A program made the position numbers and the translations under genes. Of a stretch of DNA of 64,000 nucleotides, positions 1 through 10,114 are shown piece by piece. The notes beneath the pieces were generated by a model, which saw only the letters and a list, made by a program, of their open reading frames with translations, ran no database searches and was not told the origin of the DNA. The DNA is taken from contig CAWABA010000007.1 in NCBI GenBank assembly GCA_963780185.1, positions 96,001-160,000 on the forward strand. Direction: 5' to 3'. The DNA comes from Candidatus Bathyarchaeota archaeon. GTDB lineage: Archaea > Thermoproteota > Bathyarchaeia > Bathyarchaeales > Bathycorpusculaceae. The first letter of the stretch is position 1, and each line of letters starts with the position of its first letter.

Positions 1-854
1 TGCTCGTCAAGTTGCACGCCTGTCTTTTCAGGCTTCAAAACGTCAGCGTTAGACACCCTGCCCGTGGCAACCAGCACGGCTTCTGCGCTGAATTCGCGTT
101 GGCTTCCGTCCGCGCGGTTTCTTGCAACAAGCGTTTTGGTTTGACCGTCTTGCTTGGCTTCCAAAACCTCAAAGCCCGTGAATATTTCCATACGCTCCTG
201 CATCTCTTTCAAAAGTAAAGCGCTGATTTCGGGTTCTTCATCAGGCAGGACACGGTTGGGTCTTTGCAGCACTGTTGTTTTTGTGCCGATTCCTGCGAAG
301 AAGTGACCGTACTCCATGCCGATGTAGCCTCCGCCCACAATCAGCAGGCTCGAAGGCGGCTTTTGCAGTTGCAGAACCGTGTCGCTTGTCAGGTAATCTA
401 CTTTGTCTATCCCCTTGATTAGCGGCAGCCCATGCCGTGCTCCCGAAACGATAAAGATCTTGGGAGCTGTAATCGTGCGTTGACCGACCTGCAATGTGTA
501 GTCGGAGATGAACTCTGCCTTTTCTTTGAGCCAAACAAGATTCGGCGTGGCGTCCACAGCTAAAGCCTGATGCCCAGAGTCCTCCTCAACCAACGCATGC
601 ATCCTAGCCATGATGTTGCCAAAATCCACCGACTCCATCGATGCGTGAACGCCGAGCTTTCCTGCATCATGGATGGCGGCTATGACGTCGGAGGGGTAAA
701 TCAGCATTTTAGACGGGACGCAGCCCACGTTTATGCATGTGCCGCCCATTTTTCCATGCTCAAGCAGCGCCACCCTTAACCCTAAGTCAACGGCGGCTGA
801 AGCAACAAGCATGCCAGAACCTGAACCGATAACGATAACGTCAAACTGCTCCAT
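1..854 (-). CDS. Dihydrolipoamide dehydrogenase / class I pyridine nucleotide-disulfide oxidoreductase (runs off the window edge)
   Basis: Manual translation from ATG 854: MEQFDVIVIGSGSGML...GGTCINVGCVPSK (FAD-binding GxGxxG-like motif and CxxxxC redox motif), later IVGGGYIG. Absent from the ORF track because the stop lies outside the window. Confidence 0.88.
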   Translation of the reverse strand, partial: MEQFDVIVIGSGSGMLVASAAVDLGLRVALLEHGKMGGTCINVGCVPSKMLIYPSDVIAAIHDAGKLGVHASMESVDFGNIMARMHALVEEDSGHQALAVDATPNLVWLKEKAEFISDYTLQVGQRTITAPKIFIVSGARHGLPLIKGIDKVDYLTSDTVLQLQKPPSSLLIVGGGYIGMEYGHFFAGIGTKTTVLQRPNRVLPDEEPEISALLLKEMQERMEIFTGFEVLEAKQDGQTKTLVARNRADGSQREFSAEAVLVATGRVSNADVLKPEKTGVQLDE

Positions 855-937
855 AACAGAACCTCAAGCTACATTAGAATTTAGTACTGAATCAAATAAA
901 TCTTTCAAGCCAAAAAACCGTAGAAAACGCGAGCCGC

Positions 938-1760
938 TCATTCTGGCTGAGACATATAGTTCAAATCGCCGTTCGGCTCAAAATCAGCAATCAAAACACT
1001 TTGCCCATTATTAGAACCGATCAACTGCAACGTAATACCATCACCACCTTCCAAACCTACAGTTAATGATAAAGCATCGATTTGCAGCACAGTTCCCGTT
1101 TTGTTTTGCGCTAGCTCCTAAAGCCCGGTTATAGAACCATTGTAGTCCTAAAGTGTCGATTTGTTGGATTGCTTGGTGCGCCGAGGACTGCCTGTAAGGA
1201 GTTGAAAACGATGGTGTTGCTTGATTTGTTCCAACCTGTACGTGGTACTGGTACCCTGCGCTAGCTGAATAACCATAATAGGTGTTGGAGTTTTGACCGT
1301 AAAAGCCGACGTTTATGCTTCCACCAGTGAATTCTGTGTTTAGCCAAATCATTTCAGGGTTTGTCTTGCCGTGCTCTGAAGTAAGTAAAGCGTAAGTTGG
1401 ACTCTTTTCAATTCCATCAATCAACTGAGCTAACGAAACATTAAGAACGCTGGGATACGCGATCGTGACACCTGAAGGAGCCGCTACGCCCGTTGCTGGG
1501 TAGCCTGCATTCCAAAGCATGTAACTTTCAATTGACGTGAAGCTTATGGCAAAAATCAGGGCGCCAATAATTATGTATTTCAATATTTTCTTAGTATATC
1601 CATGGGCAACCAGCCGAATAACTGTTGGAACCAAGATGGCGGCGACGGCGACGATTTTCACCCATGAGTTACTCAGCAACAAAATTGAACAGAACAATCC
1701 TGCCGCTGCAAGCAAGGCAATGATGATGTTTTGTAGGATTGCTTTTACGCCAGTCGACAA
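938..1760 (-). CDS. Membrane protein (3 N-terminal TM helices plus extracellular domain), apparent +1 frameshift near 1127
   Basis: Track ORF 1041..1760. Removing one G near 1127 gives ...RALELAQNKTGTVLQIDALSLTVG...ADFEPNGDLNYMSQPE* ending at 938, a more plausible C-terminus. Confidence 0.6.
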
Positions 1761-1841
1761 TTAATTGCACCTTCACCATAAAACGGGTGCGGGTGATATA
1801 ATCCAATGTTTTTGTACAGTCGTACAAGACTATTGTACGCG

Positions 1842-2300
1842 TTAAATCGGCTTTTGCCTGACTATTCGGAGGCATTCATAAACCATAACTGCGATGACTG
1901 TAACGCCGAGTAGGATGGCAAATCCGCTGTCAAGGTTAACCACGAAATTTCCTTCGACCCAAGCAGCGGCAAGATAACAGGTCAGCATTGCAGAGAAAAG
2001 GACGGTGTAGAAGATGTATCTTGGCAGAAGCAAAGAGCCGAACTTAATAACCTGAGAAAGAGCACCCACCTTAACCTCTTTAGCAAGTGCGTATCCGTCA
2101 GAGTTTTTGACGACAAGCCCCAGGTTCTCTAGTTTCTCAAGATGGTATGCTGACAGGGTGGGGCTGGAAAACTCGAGTTTTTTCTGGACTTCCCTGGCGC
2201 CCATGGCTCTTTGATTCTCGACTAAGCAGAGGTAAACGCGCAGGGTGTTGCCTTTCAATTCGCTGAAGACCGTTAAATCATCTTGTTTTTCTGCGCTCAA
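1842..2300 (-). CDS. Membrane-anchored winged-HTH transcriptional regulator
   Basis: LKGNTLRVYL...GAREVQKKLEFSSPTLSAYHLEKLENLGLV HTH followed by two hydrophobic helices. Confidence 0.75.
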   Translation of the reverse strand: MSAEKQDDLTVFSELKGNTLRVYLCLVENQRAMGAREVQKKLEFSSPTLSAYHLEKLENLGLVVKNSDGYALAKEVKVGALSQVIKFGSLLLPRYIFYTVLFSAMLTCYLAAAWVEGNFVVNLDSGFAILLGVTVIAVMVYECLRIVRQKPI

Positions 2301-2403
2301 GGTTGCTGCCTTGAGGACAGGTTAGGTTTCGTGATAGTTGTCTTTTTCTGTTCGTAACGTGGAAAGCTGTCGAGTTGTTTATACGGAAACTTTAAAAGCA
2401 AAT

Positions 2404-2435
2404 GTTAGAAATATATAACGTTAGAAATACACAAC
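2404..2435 (+). promoter_or_regulatory. Putative operator: two tandem 16-bp imperfect palindromes upstream of the XRE operon
   Basis: GTTAGAAATATATAAC followed directly by GTTAGAAATACACAAC, just downstream of TATA-like TTTAAAA and upstream of ATG 2459. Confidence 0.55.
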
Positions 2436-2458
2436 ATTACTGAGAAGGTTAAAAACAA

Positions 2459-2749
2459 ATGAACCCAACAAACAACATCCCATTAGGAATCCCCAATGGC
2501 CAAAGCACTCCCGAAAAAAGTTGGCGCCGAAGATGGAGTCTCGGCTGCTACGGATTCTTGGGCTTCATCGGTTTTGAAGCGTTCAGAGCGGTCTCAAGCC
2601 ACAACCCGCTATTCTTGTTTATGTTCGGTTTCTTCAGCCTCTTCGGGCTATTTCAATATTGGAAAGAAGAACTCAAGTACCTGAGCGTCTTAGGCATCGC
2701 AGGCTTGTTAGCCCCAGCCCTCTGGGCGATAGGCGCTTTTAGGCTTTAA
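2459..2749 (+). CDS. Small membrane protein (DUF3796-like)
   Basis: GFLGFIGF motif, 3 TM segments. Confidence 0.6.
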   Translation: MNPTNNIPLGIPNGQSTPEKSWRRRWSLGCYGFLGFIGFEAFRAVSSHNPLFLFMFGFFSLFGLFQYWKEELKYLSVLGIAGLLAPALWAIGAFRL

Positions 2750-2764
2750 GAGGGGATTTGTAAG

Positions 2765-3112
2765 ATGGCAATAAAAATCAATGAACGCTACTTTGGCTTT
2801 CTTGGGTTCGCTGGCTTCGCAGGATTCATAAGCGGCAACTCAGTTTACTACATGTTTTTTATGTTATTTTTCTTCTTTGCCTTTGCAAGACCCAAAACAA
2901 AGCAGGGAACAGTTTTAAGCGATGAACGATGGGCTACAAACGTTACTAAGGCGTGTCGCAACGCATTTTTTGTTCTTCTAATCCCGCTGATGATAAGTAT
3001 TGCATTCTTCAGAAGCACCAATTACTTCCTGCTAGCGATAGAAGCCACGCCTATTGCAGCTTTGTTGGGCTTTGCTGCTTTCTTTGTTTACTATGATCTG
3101 AGGGGAGATTAG
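2765..3112 (+). CDS. DUF3796/DUF2178-like membrane protein
   Basis: [13 protein letters not shown] and DERW...KACRNAF motifs, next to an XRE gene. Confidence 0.7.
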   Translation: MAIKINERYFGFLGFAGFAGFISGNSVYYMFFMLFFFFAFARPKTKQGTVLSDERWATNVTKACRNAFFVLLIPLMISIAFFRSTNYFLLAIEATPIAALLGFAAFFVYYDLRGD

Positions 3113-3132
3113 CTATACCGCTTAAGACTCGC

Positions 3133-3315
3133 ATGAAAGAGCTGAGAGAAAAGAACCATCTCACTCAGGAGCGGCTGGCGCAGAAAGTAGGTGTGAGACG
3201 GGAGACGATTCTTTTTTTGGAGAAAGGCAAGTATAATCCTTCGCTGAAGCTGGCTTACGATATAGCCAAAGTGCTAGATGCCAAGATAGAAGACGTTTTT
3301 GTCTTTGAAGATTAA
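3133..3315 (+). CDS. XRE-family HTH transcriptional regulator
   Basis: [32 protein letters not shown]. Confidence 0.92.
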   Translation: MKELREKNHLTQERLAQKVGVRRETILFLEKGKYNPSLKLAYDIAKVLDAKIEDVFVFED

Positions 3316-3378
3316 GCTTGCTCCGAGGAGCTGTGAAAGCTTTTATGCGAGTTATGGGTAACATGATTGAGGGTTTTC

Positions 3379-3486
3379 ATGGCAAAAGCAGCAAAACCAG
3401 CGAAATTGACAAAGGCAGAAGAAGAAAAGAAAAAGAAAGCCTACTACGCTAAGAAAGAGAAAAAAGCTAAAGAAGTTAAGAAATAG
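3379..3486 (+). CDS. Small Lys-rich protein (35 aa)
   Basis: MAKAAKPAKLTKAEEEKKKKAYYAKKEKKAKEVKK*; GAGGG upstream and T-tract downstream; below the track size cutoff. Confidence 0.55.
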   Translation: MAKAAKPAKLTKAEEEKKKKAYYAKKEKKAKEVKK

Positions 3487-3662
3487 CTTTTTAGCTTAGA
3501 ACTTTGGCAGAGCTTTCTCGTCTTGGATAGTGTTGATGCTATTTAACTCGCATTTGGTTAGGTACAACCATCTTTCACGATGCGTCAGGGAGAAACCGTG
3601 GAAGTATCTGAACACGTGATTTTGGTTTTTGTTGAAAAAGCTCTTATGTAAATCAGGAGTAT

Positions 3663-4931
3663 TTGCCAACAGGTGGAAACGCGGTAAAACTTTCGCTTCA
3701 TTATCGTGAGATAATATGTTTAGTCGTGCTGCTTCTCGCGGCTTTTCTAGTCAGGTTTGTGCTGTTTCCTCTTCCTGGTTACGACTTTGACATGTTAACA
3801 TTTGCATCGTGGATTGCCACTGCTACTGACCGCGGAATAAGACCGTTCTACGACCTTGTGAGTTGGTGCGATTATCCACCCTTTAGCATTTACGTTTTCT
3901 GTTGCTTTGGAAACTTGGCGAAGGTGTTTGGATTTTACACGATGTCAAACATCTACAGCGTAGTAAAGTTCATTCCTAGTTTTTTCGATTTGGCAACAGC
4001 AAGTCTGATTTATTTTTTTGTAAGAAAGCAGTTGAGTTTCAAACTCACCTTGGCAACTGTGGCTCTCTACGCTTTTAACCCAGCAGTAATATTTAACTCG
4101 GCAGTGTGGGGGCAGTTTGATGCGGTATACACTTTCTTTCTGGTCCTGTCGCTTATGCTTGTGCTTAAAGGTAAACCCAAACTTTCCGCAGCTGTCTTTG
4201 CGTTGGCTGTTTTAACTAAGCCGCAAGCCATCGCTTTAGCACCTCTCATTGCTTTTTTGATTTACAAGAGGAATGGGTTGAAGAATCTTGGTTTCTCGTT
4301 GGGTGTGTTTGCTCTGAGTGTTTTTGAGGTTATTTTGCCTTTTAACTGGACCAATCCTGCAACTTTCTTAACCCACATCTATTTTGGGGCATACAGCGGC
4401 TTCAAATACACTTCAGTAAACGCCTTCAACATTTGGGCTCTAATCGGCTTCTACAAGCCCGATGGAAACCTCTTCATCTTAGGCTGGGGGCTGTTTGCAG
4501 CATTAGCAGTTTTCATATTGTATGTACTCAATAAACGCGATAATGCTTTGAATGACTCGCTCGCCGTGTTCAGCGCTTTCCTACTCTTATTCGGTTTCTT
4601 TATGTTGGAAACCAGGATTCATGAGCGCTATCTGTTTCCAGCTATAACCATGTTGGCTTTAACACTTCCATTCATGAAGAAGAAAACTTGGCCAATCTTT
4701 GCCGTTTTATCAGGCACCCTTTATCTTAATCAAGCATACATTTTGTACTTCCTCAACGGTCATCTGCGTATTCCGAACAGGAATTGGGTTGATTTATCGG
4801 CTATCATTATCAATATTTTAACGTTTGTTTACTCTTTGGTTTTGCTGCTCACTTATGCAAGAAAGATCAACTTCAGACCCAAGGTTTGGCTAGCCAGGCA
4901 TCTACAACATAGTGGCAATAGCAATCTTTGA
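3663..4931 (+). CDS. GT-C fold membrane glycosyltransferase (mannosyltransferase-like)
   Basis: DYPP, NPAVIFNSAVWGQFD, TKPQ and HERY motifs; polytopic membrane protein. Confidence 0.85.
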   Translation: MPTGGNAVKLSLHYREIICLVVLLLAAFLVRFVLFPLPGYDFDMLTFASWIATATDRGIRPFYDLVSWCDYPPFSIYVFCCFGNLAKVFGFYTMSNIYSVVKFIPSFFDLATASLIYFFVRKQLSFKLTLATVALYAFNPAVIFNSAVWGQFDAVYTFFLVLSLMLVLKGKPKLSAAVFALAVLTKPQAIALAPLIAFLIYKRNGLKNLGFSLGVFALSVFEVILPFNWTNPATFLTHIYFGAYSGFKYTSVNAFNIWALIGFYKPDGNLFILGWGLFAALAVFILYVLNKRDNALNDSLAVFSAFLLLFGFFMLETRIHERYLFPAITMLALTLPFMKKKTWPIFAVLSGTLYLNQAYILYFLNGHLRIPNRNWVDLSAIIINILTFVYSLVLLLTYARKINFRPKVWLARHLQHSGNSNL

Positions 4932-4958
4932 CTGATTATTTTAATTTCTTGCTGAGCC

Positions 4959-5720
4959 CTAAAGAAATTTCGGTAAGGCTCTCTTGTCGTAGATGGGGTC
5001 GAAGACCGTTAGCTCGTCTTTTGTTAGTGGCAACACGACTCTGGACACCAACCCGTTTAGGCTGTAGGGGAGTCGTATGAGACGCATTTCCCCAGAAGTG
5101 ACCCACTCGTCAATGTGAAAGCCCGCCTTCTTAACCTGCTGCGCAAGCTCAAGCCTTTCCGCAGGGCTTAACTCGTAAGCATGCGCATCTAAAACGTGCA
5201 GATGAAAGCCTCTGCCTGAATAAACAGCCCGAACATCTGAGAAACGCACAGAAAGAAAATCCCAAAGCCCTACCGCTTCCTGCTGAACCATCTGCAACTC
5301 CAAATCGCAGAAGCTCAAACCCTGCTTCCTCTTCATTTTATCCGCCAAGCTGCCGTGGATTGGGCACGTGATGTTTTCTGGGTCAAGGTCAAAGGCAAGT
5401 TCCTGTCCCGTTTTGGCGCCGCCTTTGTCGTATACGTTGCGGTCGTAGTAGACGGCTTCGGGTAGAAACTCGAGGATTTGCTGGCGCACATCTTCCAAGC
5501 TTGAGTACTCGTCGACAATTATTGTTGTGGAGGCGTCTTTTTTGTATTTTTCAGGGTAAATTTTTGTGTGCCTGCCCATGATGACTGCAAATTTGACTCT
5601 GCCCGGTTGGTTGCTGAGCCATTGCGAGACGGCTTGCAGGTTAAATTCTGAAGTGTAAAACTGTTTTCTCTCCTCTAAAGAGGCGTATCTCATGCCAGCA
5701 GGCAAAGAATATTGAACCAT
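4959..5720 (-). CDS. DNA primase small-subunit-like (AEP) protein
   Basis: ELAFDLD, YSGRGFHLHV and RLIRLPYSLNG motifs. Start moved to ATG 5720 because the longer track ORF overlaps the ferredoxin. Confidence 0.82.
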   Translation of the reverse strand: MVQYSLPAGMRYASLEERKQFYTSEFNLQAVSQWLSNQPGRVKFAVIMGRHTKIYPEKYKKDASTTIIVDEYSSLEDVRQQILEFLPEAVYYDRNVYDKGGAKTGQELAFDLDPENITCPIHGSLADKMKRKQGLSFCDLELQMVQQEAVGLWDFLSVRFSDVRAVYSGRGFHLHVLDAHAYELSPAERLELAQQVKKAGFHIDEWVTSGEMRLIRLPYSLNGLVSRVVLPLTKDELTVFDPIYDKRALPKFL

Positions 5721-5825
5721 AACAACCACTGAACAAATTGGCAGCCGACCAAAAAAGGTTTTATGCAAACCCCCTTCAGAAACCCTAATATTTAGCGCTT
5801 TAATGCTGTTTATTGGTGAAATTTT

Positions 5826-6140
5826 TTGCCTATTGACCCGGATTTTCAAACAAAACGCCAAGTTGTCGGCGAACATAATGGACATAAAGTTTGGGGACCC
5901 GTAATAGCTCCTCAAAGACTGGGAATTCATGGAACCACAAGTGCGGTGGATTGGGATAGCTGCGTTGGAGACGGCGTATGCATCGACGTTTGTCCCGTTT
6001 CGCTGTATGATTGGGCTGAATCGCCCGGGCATCCGCTCTCTGAACGCAAATCTGACCCCGCCCGTGAAAACGACTGTATACAGTGCCTTGCCTGCGAAAT
6101 GCAGTGTCCAGCTCAAGCCATAAAAATTACGCCGCATTAA
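5826..6140 (+). CDS. zfx: Zinc-containing ferredoxin
   Basis: N-terminal extension IDP..VVGEHNGHKVWGP..LGIHGT with His Zn ligands; CxxDxxCxxxCP and CxxCxxCxxxCP motifs. Confidence 0.88.
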   Translation: MPIDPDFQTKRQVVGEHNGHKVWGPVIAPQRLGIHGTTSAVDWDSCVGDGVCIDVCPVSLYDWAESPGHPLSERKSDPARENDCIQCLACEMQCPAQAIKITPH

Positions 6141-6214
6141 GCGGCGCCCTGTTTGTTTTAGATTAACAAGTATTATATTAGCAAACGCGCCAAATAGTGC
6201 ATTGGGCACCGTCT

Positions 6215-6874
6215 ATGAGTAACGAATCAAAAGGCAAGGTCATTGCGGTTCTGCCAGCTGACGCCTCAGCAAAAACCACCGATGTAGTTGAAGAAATAAT
6301 TTCCTGCATAATGGAATCGGGCGAAGTTGACGTTGTAGGGGTAGGCGACGGGATTTTTCTGGCTTGTTCAGCCGTGAACATGGCGTCGGAAATCGCCAAA
6401 GTCTACGTTGAAGACATCTACATTGGAAACCTGGAAGCGCCAAAACTCGGCAAAGCAGCCGCCATCTCCGTGCATCTGGGGCAAAAACAAATCGGGGACT
6501 ACGCTCAAGCGGCAGAGCAAGAGGAGAAAGGGTTTGAAGATGTCGAGGAGCAAACCGTCAGCGTAAGCAGAGCGGCAACTATGGAGCGACTGCTCACTAT
6601 TGGTCTTTTGAGGCTTGCAAAATTTGAAAAAATCAGAATCGTCGCTGCAGGAGGCTCAATCAACGACGCCGTCGCACTCGCGTTGAGGCTGACTACGGGG
6701 CAGATATCCAAAGATGAAGTAGGCACCAAGCTCGTGCACCTGTACGCCATCAAAATGAGAAACGAACCCACAAAAAGCATAGCCGCCGTATCCATCTACC
6801 TACAAAAAGGGTTATCAACCATCTATAGCAAAAGGCAAAAAGACCTGCTTAAAAGCCTAGAAAGTGGAAACTAA
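6215..6874 (+). CDS. Protein with two tandem Alba-like domains
   Basis: Two repeats of an Alba-like pattern: EVDVVGVGDGIFLACSAV...AISVHL and KIRIVAAGGSINDAVALA...AVSIYL. Confidence 0.6.
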   Translation: MSNESKGKVIAVLPADASAKTTDVVEEIISCIMESGEVDVVGVGDGIFLACSAVNMASEIAKVYVEDIYIGNLEAPKLGKAAAISVHLGQKQIGDYAQAAEQEEKGFEDVEEQTVSVSRAATMERLLTIGLLRLAKFEKIRIVAAGGSINDAVALALRLTTGQISKDEVGTKLVHLYAIKMRNEPTKSIAAVSIYLQKGLSTIYSKRQKDLLKSLESGN

Positions 6875-6953
6875 CGTTTTTTCAATTTTGGTTAGGAAAG
6901 GAAAGAGTTGGGAAATCCGCAAAAAAACGCGGAAAATCATTTTGTTTTTATTT

Positions 6954-7562
6954 TTAAAGGCTTAGGTTCTTGTTTACTCTGTCCCAGTTGACGACGTTCC
7001 AGAAGGCTTCGATGAATTTAGGTCGCTCATTCTTGTAGTCGACGTAGTACGCGTGCTCCCAAACATCCAGAACCATCAGGATTTTGAACGTCGGGTAAAC
7101 GTTAACGTTGTGCTTCTCAATCTGCAGTATCAGCGGCCTATCGACGCATGGGTGAACGGCTAAGGCAGCCCATCCTGAACCTTCAGTGGTTGCCGCAGCT
7201 TTTGTGAATTCTTTCTTGAACTGCTCGAAGCTTCCGAATTCCTTGTTGAGTGCGTCGGCTAATGCTCCTCCAGGTTGTCCGCCGCCGCCTTTGCCTGCTG
7301 GCGCCATGTTTTCCCAGAAAATCGAGTGCAACAGGTGACCGCCGACGTTGAAGGACAGGTCTTTGAGTAAGGCTTTCATGTCGACTTCGGCGTTGTCTTT
7401 GCGTGCCTTGTCGAGTTTTTCGAAGTCCGCGTTTGCGCCGTTCACGTAGGCTTGATGGTGCTTGTCGTGGTGCAGTTTAAGCTGCGTCTCTGAAATGTAG
7501 GGTTCAAGGGCGTTGTAATCGTAGGGCAATTTGGGCAGACTAAATGATTTTACTTTTTCCAT
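6954..7562 (-). CDS. sod: Fe/Mn superoxide dismutase
   Basis: [19 protein letters not shown] and DVWEHAYY motifs. Confidence 0.97.
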   Translation of the reverse strand: MEKVKSFSLPKLPYDYNALEPYISETQLKLHHDKHHQAYVNGANADFEKLDKARKDNAEVDMKALLKDLSFNVGGHLLHSIFWENMAPAGKGGGGQPGGALADALNKEFGSFEQFKKEFTKAAATTEGSGWAALAVHPCVDRPLILQIEKHNVNVYPTFKILMVLDVWEHAYYVDYKNERPKFIEAFWNVVNWDRVNKNLSL

Positions 7563-7694
7563 AAAATTCACCAGAAATCAAACCAAACCAAAGGAGTAAA
7601 CAACTAATATACTTTACCTTAAGCGAGATTCAGGCAAATCCAGTGTGGCTTAAACTTATTACCTTCTTTTCATCTATTAGTTGCAGTGAATTTT

Positions 7695-8198
7695 ATGACT
7701 AAAACCGATCAAAACCTCAAGGACGCATTCGCAGGCGAATCCCAAGCCAACCGAATGTACCTAGCCTTCGCAAAGAAAGCCGACGAAGAAGGTTTCCCAC
7801 AAATCGCCAAACTTTTCAGAGCCGCAGCCGAAGCGGAAACCGTGCACGCCCACAACCACCTCAAAGTTATGGGGCAAGTGAAATCAACCAGCGACAACCT
7901 TGGCACAGCAGTCAGCGGCGAAACCTACGAATTCAAGAAAATGTACCCAGAGTTCATCGCCGAAGCTAAGAAGGAAGGAAACAAGAAAGCCGAAGTCAGC
8001 TTCAACTACGCGAACCAGGTTGAACAAATCCATGCAGCCATGTACCAGAAAGCGCTTGACGCCCTCAAAAGCAAGACGCAGCCGCCGAAAGCTGATTACT
8101 GGGTGTGCCCCGTCTGCGGAAACACGTTCGAAGGCAAAGAGCCCGACAAATGCCCGATCTGCGGTACGCCGAAAGAAAAATTCATGGCGATAAAGTAG
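7695..8198 (+). CDS. rbr: Rubrerythrin
   Basis: AFAGESQA, AETVHA, EQIH motifs; C-terminal CPVCG/CPICG. Confidence 0.95.
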   Translation: MTKTDQNLKDAFAGESQANRMYLAFAKKADEEGFPQIAKLFRAAAEAETVHAHNHLKVMGQVKSTSDNLGTAVSGETYEFKKMYPEFIAEAKKEGNKKAEVSFNYANQVEQIHAAMYQKALDALKSKTQPPKADYWVCPVCGNTFEGKEPDKCPICGTPKEKFMAIK

Positions 8199-8276
8199 GC
8201 GTATCAACCCTATTTTGTTTTTCACTTTTTCTGTTTTTCCTAAAGTAAAACAGCAGGTAATGAAAGAGGGGAAGGG

Positions 8277-9464
8277 TTAGGCTTTGATTTTTTGGGCTAT
8301 TTGCTTGCCAAAGTCAAAGCATTTTTTGAGGTCTTCATCGTCTGGGATGTATTTGATTTCGACTGTTGGCTCGTAGACTTCGAAGCCTGCTTTCTTCGCC
8401 ATTTCAACCATGCCTCGCACCGCGCCGCCGCCCCACCCGAAGGAACCGAAGAACGCCCACAGTTTGCCCCGAGGCTTCAAACCTGTTATGTATGTCAGAA
8501 ATGAGCCTAGTGTCGGGAACATTCCGCTGTTGAGAGTCGGCGAACCAACGATGACGGCTTTTGCCTCCAGGATTTCGGTTACGATGTCGGTGTTGTCAGT
8601 GGCTCGGAGCTTGAGAATCTTGACTTCGACGCCTTCGCTTACTACGCCGTCTTCTATAGCTCGCGCCATCTTGTTGGTGCTTCCCCACATCGTGTCAAAA
8701 ACCACCACAACCTTCTGCTTGGATACAAAGGCGCTCCACTGCAGGTAGGCGTTGATGATTTTCGAGGGGTCTTTCCGCCAGATTACGCCGTGATCAGGCG
8801 CAATCATCTCGATTGGGATACCCATCTGCACGACTTCCTGAATCTTGCGTGTGATAAGCGGAGCGAAAGGCATCAAAATGTTCGCAAAGTATATTCGGGC
8901 TTCCTCCATAAGCTCCTGCTGGTCAACTTCGTCGTCGAAACGCCCCGACGTTGCGTAGTGCTCTCCAAATGCGTCGTTGGATACCAAGATTTTGTCTTCC
9001 ACGATGTATGTGAACATGCTGTCGGGCCAATGCAGCATCGGTGTTTCAAGAAAACGCAACGTATGCTTACCAAGCTTAAGCTCATCGCCTGTTTTGATGA
9101 CTTCGACCCTGTTGAATTCGGCGCCGTAATGCTCGATAAGCGCGTCTTTTCCTCTTTGACACGAAATTATCTTGGCGTTCTTGCACAGTTTGGCGATTTC
9201 GGGAAGGCTGCCTGAATGATCCATCTCTACATGGTTAACGATGATGTAATCGATTTTGTCAAGGCTCACCAACTCCTCTATGTTATGCGCGAGTTCTTCA
9301 GCGAAGTTGCACTTCACTGTGTCGATGAGCGCGGTTTTCTCGTCCCTGATTAAGTACGCGTTGTAGCTGGTGCCACGGCGGGTTATGTACCCATGGAAAT
9401 CCCGTAGGTTCCAGTCGATGACGCCAACCCAGTTTATTCCTTCTTTCAAAACAACATTCGGCAT
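8277..9464 (-). CDS. fprA: Flavodiiron protein (FprA)
   Basis: NHVEMDHSGS, HWPDSM and DAFG motifs; flavodoxin domain TMWGST. Confidence 0.95.
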   Translation of the reverse strand: MPNVVLKEGINWVGVIDWNLRDFHGYITRRGTSYNAYLIRDEKTALIDTVKCNFAEELAHNIEELVSLDKIDYIIVNHVEMDHSGSLPEIAKLCKNAKIISCQRGKDALIEHYGAEFNRVEVIKTGDELKLGKHTLRFLETPMLHWPDSMFTYIVEDKILVSNDAFGEHYATSGRFDDEVDQQELMEEARIYFANILMPFAPLITRKIQEVVQMGIPIEMIAPDHGVIWRKDPSKIINAYLQWSAFVSKQKVVVVFDTMWGSTNKMARAIEDGVVSEGVEVKILKLRATDNTDIVTEILEAKAVIVGSPTLNSGMFPTLGSFLTYITGLKPRGKLWAFFGSFGWGGGAVRGMVEMAKKAGFEVYEPTVEIKYIPDDEDLKKCFDFGKQIAQKIKA

Positions 9465-9469
9465 ATTTT

Positions 9470-9904
9470 TTACTCCTTTGTCACGTTTAGTTTATAGTTT
9501 ATTTTGACTCCTGCCTTCTCGAAAAGTATGCCAACGGGGCATGTTTCAAGCGTGAGCTTATGCAGCCTCTCAACCCTCTCCTGTGGGGCATCTATCTTGA
9601 TGCTTATGTCAAAGGTTTCCTCGCTGATTGTCCCAGTTTCAGCAGATTTCACCGCTTCTACCTTAACGCTAAGTCCTTTGAGTGCCACCCGCATTTTCTT
9701 CGCCGTCAACGCAAAGATTGTAGCGTAGCAGCCTGCGTGGCTCATGACGCAGAGTTCAAGGGAGCTAGGTCCCAACCCAGTTCCAAGGTCAGGAGCAAGA
9801 TCTACGATGGTGCTGTGGGTTTCGCCGTCGTCAAGCATTATTTGGAAGCCTTCGATCAACTTGGCGTTTCCATACATTTTCGTTGTCAAATTCTGCATCT
9901 CCAA
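9470..9904 (-). CDS. OsmC-family protein
   Basis: GPSSLEL..SHAGC and C-terminal TCPV. Confidence 0.85.
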   Translation of the reverse strand: MEMQNLTTKMYGNAKLIEGFQIMLDDGETHSTIVDLAPDLGTGLGPSSLELCVMSHAGCYATIFALTAKKMRVALKGLSVKVEAVKSAETGTISEETFDISIKIDAPQERVERLHKLTLETCPVGILFEKAGVKINYKLNVTKE

Positions 9905-10114
9905 ATAACACAGGCAAAAATCAAGGTCTGATAGTTACAATTGTTTATATGGATTGCGTTTGCGGTTTTTTCCAAAAGGGTCAGGCAGGTAAACCACGCT
10001 ATCTGTCTTCTCAAGCAAGTCTTTGCATGCGCCCACGAGAAATTCAAAAATCAATATATGCCTGAATAACCTGTTTGATAATATAATCGTCCAGAGGTTT
10101 TGGAGGTTTAGCTT

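Noticed and set aside
5721-6209. Long N-terminal extension of the primase-like ORF in the track (416 aa)
   Set aside because: It overlaps the clear zinc-ferredoxin gene on the opposite strand, and the AEP motifs start after ATG 5720.
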